This document shows positions 1 to 7,590 of a stretch of 64,000 bases of DNA, in pieces. The stretch lies in NCBI RefSeq assembly GCF_035294505.1, contig NZ_DATGKU010000174.1:73610-137609 (forward strand). The letters are read 5' to 3'. Within the stretch, counting starts at the first letter, position 1. Each line of letters opens with the position of its first letter. The translations under genes were made by a program, and so were the position numbers. Origin of the DNA: Chthonomonas sp. GTDB lineage: Bacteria > Armatimonadota > Chthonomonadetes > Chthonomonadales > Chthonomonadaceae. The notes below the pieces were generated by a model, which was not told where the DNA came from, searched no databases, and saw nothing but the letters and a program-made list of their open reading frames with translations.

Positions 1-649
1 AGGTGCGAGCCGGTCGGTGCGCTGTTTAAAGTAGGCCGCCATGCGCTCTGCAATTCGTAAAGCCTGCTCATTGCCGCAAAGCGTATAGGCATCCACAAGG
101 CCGGCCATGATCTTATGAATGGTGTAGTAGGGCGCCCAAACGGGTTTACCCGTCTCTAACCTGTCGAAAAACGAGGTAGGAAAGGCGGAAAGATACTCGC
201 CTCCTAGCGCTTTCTGGCATTTTGCCAACTCCGCCACCAGGTAGTCCACACGCCGTTTGAACGCCTTATCCCCTGTAGCTCTATAGAGCAAGGAACAGGC
301 AGAAAGGTAGTGTCCAACAAAGTGGCCCCGAAGCTCACAATCGGGCGCCTCCCAACCGCCTAATGGTCGGCCCGGATGCGGCAAGCCTGCATTAACACGA
401 AAGTTATAGAGCAGTCGGTCAGGATCAAGGGAAAGTAGGTAGTGCGCATCGGCCTCACGCGCCGTAAGAAACGGGCTTGGCAGCAGTCGAACGTCGCGCA
501 TATCGAACGGCTGAACGACTCCCGGCCAGAAGGAGTGCGGCAGCATCTTTGCACCGCTTGCTGCCGCTTCCCCTCCTAAGCCTACAATCGCGCACAAAAT
601 GCCGATGGCACCAAGCACTCTACCGGGAATGCGCCGTCTGCTCAACTTC
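1..649 (-). CDS. Glycoside hydrolase family 127-like (DUF1680) secreted protein, N-terminal fragment. Gene continues beyond left edge of window
   Basis: Minus-strand frame is open from ATG at 649 to position 1. It is absent from the ORF track because no stop lies inside the window. Translation MKLSRRRIPGRVLGAIGILCAIVGLGGEAAAS... has a signal peptide and the ...ELRGHFVGHYLSACS... motif I associate with DUF1680/GH127 beta-L-arabinofuranosidase-like enzymes. Overlaps the 3' end of the upstream GH2 gene by 30 nt. Confidence 0.5.
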
Positions 650-2920
650 ATTCCCCTCTCCAACAAACTCCACATCCACATACTGGCCTCCCGTCGTCTG
701 GTGGCAGTGCACCGCAAGTAGATTTGGTCCGGGATGCAGGGTTTTTAGAGCCTCCGGTCGTATCGGGACAACCTCATACTCCGTGAGAAAGCCAGGTTCT
801 TCAAACGCAAGGACGCCATTGATATAGACCTGCACATCCTCATCGTGATGCAGCAGCAATAGCGGATGTTTTAAGAGATCGGCCTTCAGGTCTACCGTAC
901 GCCGCAACCAGATGTCGTCCGTGTTCCATTCGGTATGGACGATAGCTCCCGGCGTGCCCTGCGTGCCGAACCCCGCCGCCCCCTCTTTCCATCCCGAATC
1001 GTCGAAGCCTGGCTTGAACCACCCCTCCCCGGGTCTCTGAGTAGTATATCTCCAAAGGATGGTCTTCGTCAGCACGGCCGGCTCGGGCAAAGGAGGTACA
1101 TTATCGAATCGGCCCTCGTTTACCTCTGTCATGATCTTCGGGTTCATCTTGATCTCGGCGCGGTCATAGGTCATGATCCCATTGCACTCCGTCTCCACAT
1201 CGCTTAACTGGGTATATACTGCCGCGCTCAGCCCGGGCTTTTCGTGCAGCTGCCACACCTTTTGCAGCAGTTGGGCGTAACGCAATGTGAGCATCTCGCG
1301 ATTTGGTAGCCCCTGATAGCCCCAAGATTTCTGCGACCACGTATGCCCTTTCACCGCAAAACCAAGCCCGCCAAACTCACCTAGCACAGCGGCGCGATTC
1401 GGCTCCGGCTTAGGACTCCCCGGCCCCGGATAGTTGTGCATGTCAATTACATCGCCGACCCCTTCATCCGTCCATCCACTTGCGTTATCCACCAGGCGGG
1501 AGGGGTCCAGCTCCTTTATCATCGAGACAATGCGCGCCGTATCAAACTGCCCCCATCCCTCATTAAACGGCACCCACATGATGATGCAAGGATGGTTCCA
1601 GTGTGTCTGGATCATCGCCTTGAGTTCATGTTCGAACTCTTGATCGCGCCGTGCCAAAATCTCCGGGTCTAAATTCGCCGGGCGGCTGGCGCTGGGCATG
1701 TCTTGCCACACCAAGATGCCAAGATGGTCGCAAAGAGAATACCAGACGTCCGGCTCAACCTTCACATGCTTGCGTAAAAGATTGAACCCAAGCCGCTTGA
1801 TCGTCTCCAAATCGTAGCGCATAGCAGCCTCACTCGGCGCCGTGTATAGCCCATCGGGCCAAAACCCTTGGTCTAACAGACCGATTTGAAAAATCGGCTT
1901 GTTATTCAGCAGGATGCGCGTAATGCCCTTTTCATCCGGCCCTATCGAGATTTTGCGCATTCCGAAGTAACTCTTCACCATGTCCACAGCGCCGCCAGCG
2001 TTGCGCAGCGTTACCGTTAGCCCGTAAAGAAACGGATCGTTGGGTGACCATAATTTTTCATTAGGAATGGAAAGCGTTAGCTCCGCATTTGGCGCTCCCG
2101 AACCTCGTGCCACCACACGATTCTGCTCCGTTGCCTGCGCTTCCACCTGGTAGCCTGTTATTGAGCCGTTAACGAATACCGTTAGATGTAGTTGAGAGTG
2201 GTCTATATCGGGGACGATCTTGAGATCGGATATATAGGTATGGGGTACCGGCTCAAGCCAAACGGTTTGCCAAATCCCTGTGGTCGGTGTATACATGATA
2301 CCGCCGGGATGTAGTGTCTGCTTGCCATGCGGTTGCAGTCCACCCTCTTCGCCGTCTGTCGGATCATAAACCGAAACCAGCAGGTCTTGCGAGCCGCTCG
2401 GCTTTAGCGCCTCGGTGATGTCGAAGGTAAACGGATCGTAGCCCCCTCTGTGCGTACCGACCTTTTTCCCATTTACCCATACGTTCGTCTCCCAATCTAC
2501 AGCCCCAAAATGCAGCAACACGCGCTTCCCATGCCAGCTCGGAGGCACATCGAAAGTGCGATGATACCACACGCGCTCATTTGGCGTGACCGATCGCATG
2601 ACTCCCGATAGCGCCGACTCCACAGGGAAAGGCACCAGAATGTGACCATCAGCCGCTCCCGACCAGGAAGCATCCTTCGGGATAATGGCATACTCCCAAA
2701 GCCCATTGAGATTCTGCCAAACGCTTCTCTCCATCTGCGGTCGTGGGTACTCTGGGTGATCGTTTGTTGGCGACACCGAGTCGGTCCACCGCGTTTTCAA
2801 AGGGCCTATGGCCGCGTGCCATTCCTCCCCTCTTACTTGACTCTGCATGAGTACTCCTCCTAAAAGAAAGGCTGTTAATGTGACTACGACGTTGGCAAAC
2901 CGGTAAAATCCACGATCCAT
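620..2920 (-). CDS. Glycoside hydrolase family 2 (beta-galactosidase/beta-mannosidase/beta-glucuronidase-like), secreted
   Basis: 766-aa ORF. N-terminal hydrophobic signal/TM. GH2-type motifs NHPCIIMWVPFNEGWG (cf. NHPSIIMWSxGNE) and LLRKHVKVEPDVWYSLCDHLGILVWQDMP (cf. RTSHYP...WYxLCDxxGxxVxxE). Confidence 0.75.
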   Translation of the reverse strand: MDRGFYRFANVVVTLTAFLLGGVLMQSQVRGEEWHAAIGPLKTRWTDSVSPTNDHPEYPRPQMERSVWQNLNGLWEYAIIPKDASWSGAADGHILVPFPVESALSGVMRSVTPNERVWYHRTFDVPPSWHGKRVLLHFGAVDWETNVWVNGKKVGTHRGGYDPFTFDITEALKPSGSQDLLVSVYDPTDGEEGGLQPHGKQTLHPGGIMYTPTTGIWQTVWLEPVPHTYISDLKIVPDIDHSQLHLTVFVNGSITGYQVEAQATEQNRVVARGSGAPNAELTLSIPNEKLWSPNDPFLYGLTVTLRNAGGAVDMVKSYFGMRKISIGPDEKGITRILLNNKPIFQIGLLDQGFWPDGLYTAPSEAAMRYDLETIKRLGFNLLRKHVKVEPDVWYSLCDHLGILVWQDMPSASRPANLDPEILARRDQEFEHELKAMIQTHWNHPCIIMWVPFNEGWGQFDTARIVSMIKELDPSRLVDNASGWTDEGVGDVIDMHNYPGPGSPKPEPNRAAVLGEFGGLGFAVKGHTWSQKSWGYQGLPNREMLTLRYAQLLQKVWQLHEKPGLSAAVYTQLSDVETECNGIMTYDRAEIKMNPKIMTEVNEGRFDNVPPLPEPAVLTKTILWRYTTQRPGEGWFKPGFDDSGWKEGAAGFGTQGTPGAIVHTEWNTDDIWLRRTVDLKADLLKHPLLLLHHDEDVQVYINGVLAFEEPGFLTEYEVVPIRPEALKTLHPGPNLLAVHCHQTTGGQYVDVEFVGEGNEVEQTAHSR

Positions 2921-3194
2921 CTCAGCGACTCCGTGATAAAGTTTGTGGGCGACCTCGCCCTATGCAAGCGGTTGTTTGATAGAGAATACCCGAAAATATT
3001 CTCTTATGCGCAACCTTTCTACTGGTTGCGAACAAAAATTAGCCGTTGGCTGCCCATTTTCCTTCCCCCTATCCATCCTCCGTCTGCCCTTAAGCTGAGT
3101 GCCTCCATAACCGAAAATAGACACACCCTTCATTGCAGACAGTGCTATTTGCTGGGTAAGTACGCTCACTTCGATGACGTTGAAGGATACGACT

Positions 3195-3836
3195 ATGACA
3201 TCACAAAACCGAACAATGCGATTCTATATCGGAACTCTTTTTATTGCCACCATGTTGGCCGGCCTAACACGCACCAAACCGGTCTCGGCCGAACTCCGCT
3301 TCTACGATGATGCTCCCCATGCCGGTGAATGGCAGGCCTTCTACAACCAACTGCCTGCCGTTTGGAAAACCGACAAGATCATCATCGTGCAAGAGGTCTC
3401 GCATCAGCAGCTCGTGCAGATTTTCAAAGAGGCCTATGGCAAAGTGCCTGCCAACGCCGACGGCATAGATGGCTGCTATCAGTTTGGAGGCGAGCGGATA
3501 GATGCCGACGCAACTATCAGCCTCTTGAATACACTCCACGGAGACGCCGCCATCGAGGTCTTCGCCCACGAATACGGGCACTTCGTGTGGGACCAGCTTC
3601 TGAATCATGCCCAACGTGAGGCTTACCGCCAACTTTGGCAGCAACAAAAAGCCCAACACCATCTCATAACCGGCTATGCAGCAACCTCACCAGAGGAGGG
3701 GTTTGCAGAGACCTTCGCCTACTTCTTTTGTAATCGTAAGGAGCTTGATGCCAAAGCTCGCTCCTCGGAAATCTTTCTGTCCGATCTGCTAGACACGTCC
3801 GCTGCTCAGAGACAAGTGGCACAATCCAATCCTTGA
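3195..3836 (+). CDS. Putative secreted zinc metallopeptidase (HExxH motif), uncharacterised family
   Basis: ORF track gives 3174..3836. I prefer the ATG at 3195 because GAAGGA lies 8 nt upstream and it yields the signal peptide MTSQNRTMRFYIGTLFIATMLAGL. Contains FAHEYGHFVW (HExxH zinc-binding consensus). Confidence 0.5.
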   Translation: MTSQNRTMRFYIGTLFIATMLAGLTRTKPVSAELRFYDDAPHAGEWQAFYNQLPAVWKTDKIIIVQEVSHQQLVQIFKEAYGKVPANADGIDGCYQFGGERIDADATISLLNTLHGDAAIEVFAHEYGHFVWDQLLNHAQREAYRQLWQQQKAQHHLITGYAATSPEEGFAETFAYFFCNRKELDAKARSSEIFLSDLLDTSAAQRQVAQSNP

Positions 3837-3941
3837 CTCCTAGCTGAGAAAACGACATAATAAAAGTTAACTTAAGGCCGGTACTCTTCTTTGTACCGGC
3901 ATTCTTTGCAATCTTCACGTTCTAAAAAAGGAGAAAGATTC

Positions 3942-4988
3942 GTGCGAAACGTTGCGCGCTTTGTTGCCTTCTGCGCGGTGGCTTTGACGCCCACCTTTGC
4001 AGCCGCGCAAGTCTGGAGCCCTGATGCCAAACAGCTGATTATCGAGGGTACGCCCCCCTTACGCATTGACTTTACTTCAGCCTCTGCTGCCGTTGCGCCT
4101 ACCCCCACCCCTTTGTTGCCCAATAACGCGACTGGCTCTCTCTTTGCCTTCTCTCCAGATGGCAAAACGCTCGCCTATCGTAATGGTAGTGGCGATCTGG
4201 TGCTCATGGATATACCTACCGGCAAAACTATCCCCATTGAAAGCCATCTCGAGGCTCCTGTAAGTTGGGCACCGGATTCTAAAACGCTTGCAGCGGTCTG
4301 CCGCAACGATGCCGGCCAACTCATTCTGCATATAGACTACCGAGAGGGGGGTTATCGCATAAAGCCTATCACACTTCCTTTCCATCATTTGGCCGGCACC
4401 TGCCCGCCCGTACAATGGGTGCCAGAAACCGATAACGTCCTCCTTGTAGGCGGAGACGGCACGAAGCGAGACCTCTGGCTCGTAGATGCAGGCATTCCAA
4501 CACAACTAACACAAACCGGCGATGTGCTCGGTTTCGTGGTCTCGCCAGACGGTAGTCGCGTAGTTTGGATACGCCGTAGCCCAAACACCCACTATATTCT
4601 CTTCTCGCTCTACGAACTTATCATCAACGCACGCAGTCTGCGCAAACTCGATTTTCCCAATCGCCTTCCCCAAGTCAATCCCAATCCGCACGACGCCGTG
4701 GATGCCGTGATACAGGCTGTGCTCTCTACCGACCTAACCCACATCGCCTTTGTCACCGTTCAACACAAATCGCCTGCCACAGTAACAGTTTGGCTCACAG
4801 ATATCAAAGGGAGCATGGTTCAGAAGGTCACCACGCTTACTTCCCCTCCAACAACCCTGCCCTCCTTCTCACCAGATGGGCATCTGCTTGCTGTTCTTGG
4901 AAGACAGAAGCAAACTCCCGTGCTCGTTCTCTTCGACCTGCAAGCCAACCTCGGTCGAACGATAGTGCTGAACCCACTAGGACAGTAG
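3942..4988 (+). CDS. TolB-like PD40/WD40-like beta-propeller repeat protein, secreted
   Basis: ORF track 3891..4988. Likely start is GTG at 3942, preceded by AAAAAGGAGAAAGATTC, giving signal peptide VRNVARFVAFCAVALTPTFAAAQ. Repeated FSPDGKTLAY / WAPDSKTLAA / VSPDGSRVVW / FSPDGHLLAV PD40-type motifs. Confidence 0.6.
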   Translation: MRNVARFVAFCAVALTPTFAAAQVWSPDAKQLIIEGTPPLRIDFTSASAAVAPTPTPLLPNNATGSLFAFSPDGKTLAYRNGSGDLVLMDIPTGKTIPIESHLEAPVSWAPDSKTLAAVCRNDAGQLILHIDYREGGYRIKPITLPFHHLAGTCPPVQWVPETDNVLLVGGDGTKRDLWLVDAGIPTQLTQTGDVLGFVVSPDGSRVVWIRRSPNTHYILFSLYELIINARSLRKLDFPNRLPQVNPNPHDAVDAVIQAVLSTDLTHIAFVTVQHKSPATVTVWLTDIKGSMVQKVTTLTSPPTTLPSFSPDGHLLAVLGRQKQTPVLVLFDLQANLGRTIVLNPLGQ

Positions 4989-4994
4989 ACCACC

Positions 4995-5780
4995 ATGTTG
5001 CTCGCGCTCGATGTCGGAAACACCAATATCGTCTTCGGGGTCTATCCCAATCATCGAGACCCAATCATCGGTCCTTGGCGGCTTCATACCGATCGCGATC
5101 GCACCGCCGACGAGCATTTTGTGCTTATCAAAGCGCTGCTCGAACACAATGGGCTTCATCTTAGCGATATCCATCATGTGGCTCTATCAAGCGTCGTTCC
5201 CACAATGAATGACACTTTGGTGGAACTGGCACAACGTTATTTCGGCGTACAGCCCTTCATCGTTACATCTCATGTTCAACTCGGTATCACCATCCACTAC
5301 TCACCACCCTCCGATGTGGGAGCCGACCGCCTTTGCAATGCGGTGGGCGCTTTCGCCCGCTATGGCGGCCCTGCCATCGTAGTGGACTTTGGAACGGCCA
5401 CCACTTTCGATGCCATCGCTCCTAATGGCGACTATTTAGGCGGGGCGATCCTGCCCGGCATCGGCATCTCGATGGATGCGCTCTTCCGCCAAGCCTCTCG
5501 CCTTTTCCGGGTGGAATTTGCCGCTCCTCCAAAAGCTGTCGGAACCAACACCGTCCACGCCATTCAAAGTGGTCTCGTCTTCGGTTATGCCGGCCAAACC
5601 GATGCCATGGTAGAGAGAATACGCAGTGAAATCGGGCAGAACGCCCGCGTCATTGCAACAGGAGGTTTGGCAGAACTGATCCACAGCGCAAGTCGAACGA
5701 TTGAGATCGTTGACCAGCTCGTTACCCTGGACGGTCTCCGCATCTTGTTTGAGCGAAACCACTCAGACGACTCGAAATAG
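4995..5780 (+). CDS. coaX: Type III pantothenate kinase
   Basis: 261 aa. N-terminus MLLALDVGNTNIVFGVY and overall length/pattern are typical of CoaX (Bvg accessory factor family). Confidence 0.9.
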   Translation: MLLALDVGNTNIVFGVYPNHRDPIIGPWRLHTDRDRTADEHFVLIKALLEHNGLHLSDIHHVALSSVVPTMNDTLVELAQRYFGVQPFIVTSHVQLGITIHYSPPSDVGADRLCNAVGAFARYGGPAIVVDFGTATTFDAIAPNGDYLGGAILPGIGISMDALFRQASRLFRVEFAAPPKAVGTNTVHAIQSGLVFGYAGQTDAMVERIRSEIGQNARVIATGGLAELIHSASRTIEIVDQLVTLDGLRILFERNHSDDSK

Positions 5781-5826
5781 GCTCACCCTATTTGGAACCG
5801 GTGGGGTAGAATATTTGTTGTTATAA

Positions 5827-5846
5827 GTAAAGCGCTTTACTTTTCC
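5827..5846 (+). terminator. Rho-independent terminator candidate downstream of coaX
   Basis: Perfect inverted repeat AGTAAAGC|GCTTTACT (5827-5842) followed immediately by TTTT. Confidence 0.5.
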
Positions 5847-5894
5847 TATCGCGCGCGTCTCGAAACCCTTCAAACAAACCCTCTGGAGGTAACA

Positions 5895-7565
5895 ATGCAA
5901 TCACGAAAACGTTCTTCTGCCCGAAACGCCCAGCTTTCACGGCGAACACTGCTTACCGGTGCTATAGGCGGGTTTTTAACGCCTCTCGCGCTTCAGATTC
6001 GTTCTCGCTCCCAAGGCCCGGCTCTTCATGTCAATGTACTGCTTCAGCGTCACCCCATCAACCCACACATCTATGGCATTAACGAATATGGTATTGATCC
6101 TAGTTTGGCTAAAGAGATCAGACTGCCGGCTACGCGATGGGGTGGCGACGGCACCACACGTTATAACTGGAAAGTAGACGCCTCCAATGCTGGTGGAGAC
6201 TGGTTCTTCATGGCCGGAGATGGCAAGGATAATCCTGTACCAGGCCAATCCTCCGACGAATACGTACAAAACGCTCTCGCAGTAGGAGCTAGCCCCATCA
6301 TCACCATCCCTATCATCCAGTATATCAATAAGGTCTCACAGTGGGACTGCTCCTTCCCCGTCTCCATCTTTGGTCCGCAACAGGCGGTCAACCCCTATGT
6401 TCATCCTATCGTCAACGGCAAACAGACCGATGCCGGTAACGGCGTTCGCCCCGATGGAAGCCTCATTACTTTAACCACCGACCAAATCCTGCGCATTCAC
6501 ATTGTAAACACGCCCGACTTCCAAAAAACGTGGATACGGCACCTAGTCCAAAAGTTCGGTACGGCAGCCCATGGCGGAGTGCCGATCTACCAAATGGACA
6601 ACGAGCCGTTCGGTTGGTCGAATACCCATCGCGATGTCCATCCTAACCAGCCCACCTATACCGAGATCGTGGAAAGGACGATCCCCTTCGCGAAAGCCGT
6701 GAAAGAGGTGGACCCAACGGCCAAAGTTCTTGGCCCCGGTGATTTCGGTTTTGCAGCCTATCGCGGATCGCCGGAGAAGAACCCGGGCCACCTTTGGAAC
6801 GTCCAGTACTATCTGCAGGCGCTGCATCAAGCCTCGGAACAAGCCGGTGTCCGTCTGCTAGACTACCTCGATGAGCACTACTATCCCACCAAAGATGACG
6901 GACTTCCCGATAACGACAACGACCCCGCCGTACAAGCGTGGCGTCTGCGGGCCACACGCTCTCTTTGGGACCCCACCTACGTCGAGAAAGACTGGATAGG
7001 AAAGTACTTCGGCCCTATCGCGCTTATTCCCTCTATGAAAAAGTGGGTAAGCCAGTTCTTCCCCGGATGCAAAATCTCCATCACCGAATATAATTTCGGC
7101 GCCCTGAACACCCTTAACGGAGCGCTAGCGCAAGCGGATGTGCTGGGTATCTTCGGGCGGGAAGGACTAGACCTTGCCACACTGTGGGGTTCCCCCAAAG
7201 CGACCGATCCCGGCGCCTATGCCTTTCGTATCTACCGCAACTACGACGGAAAGGGTAGCGCTTATGGAGACATATGGGTTCAGTCTGTCAGCGCGAACCA
7301 AGATCAGCTTGCTATCTATGGGGCTCAGCGCTTGAAGGATCATGCCTTAACGCTGGTAATCATCAACAAAACCGACAGCGACCTCACCAGTCAACTTCAT
7401 CTCACCGGTTTCTACCCGAAGAGCACAGCAGAGGTCTATCGCTACAGCGGAGCCAATCTGCAGGCCATTGAGCGCCAACCAAATCTAACCGTCTCCAACA
7501 CGGGCTTCCAGGCCACCTATCCCGCCAACTCCATCACGCTTATCGTGCTCCACCCTAACATGTAG
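5895..7565 (+). CDS. Glycoside hydrolase family 44-like enzyme (putative endoglucanase/xyloglucanase), Tat-secreted
   Basis: 556 aa. N-terminus SRRTLLTGAIGGFL is a twin-arginine signal. RWGGDGTTRYNWKVDASNAG resembles the RWGGN..TRYNW signature I recall for GH44. GGAGG lies 7 nt upstream of the ATG. Confidence 0.55.
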   Translation: MQSRKRSSARNAQLSRRTLLTGAIGGFLTPLALQIRSRSQGPALHVNVLLQRHPINPHIYGINEYGIDPSLAKEIRLPATRWGGDGTTRYNWKVDASNAGGDWFFMAGDGKDNPVPGQSSDEYVQNALAVGASPIITIPIIQYINKVSQWDCSFPVSIFGPQQAVNPYVHPIVNGKQTDAGNGVRPDGSLITLTTDQILRIHIVNTPDFQKTWIRHLVQKFGTAAHGGVPIYQMDNEPFGWSNTHRDVHPNQPTYTEIVERTIPFAKAVKEVDPTAKVLGPGDFGFAAYRGSPEKNPGHLWNVQYYLQALHQASEQAGVRLLDYLDEHYYPTKDDGLPDNDNDPAVQAWRLRATRSLWDPTYVEKDWIGKYFGPIALIPSMKKWVSQFFPGCKISITEYNFGALNTLNGALAQADVLGIFGREGLDLATLWGSPKATDPGAYAFRIYRNYDGKGSAYGDIWVQSVSANQDQLAIYGAQRLKDHALTLVIINKTDSDLTSQLHLTGFYPKSTAEVYRYSGANLQAIERQPNLTVSNTGFQATYPANSITLIVLHPNM

Positions 7566-7590
7566 GGGCGGGTTTGAAACCTGCTCCTAC
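7562..7590. repeat. REP-like palindromic element copy 1 (GTAGGGGCGGGTTTGAAACCTGCTCCTAC), bidirectional terminator-like hairpin
   Basis: 13-bp arms (two G-U wobbles on the + transcript) around a 3-nt centre. Overlaps the TAG stop of the + gene (7563-7565) and the CTA (reverse TAG) stop of the convergent - gene (7587-7589). A near-identical perfect palindrome occurs at 31569-31597. Confidence 0.6.

Noticed and set aside
2933-3310. 125-aa + ORF spanning the GH2/peptidase intergenic region
   Set aside because: Covers a promoter/intergenic region and overlaps the start of the HExxH peptidase gene in another frame. No domain.
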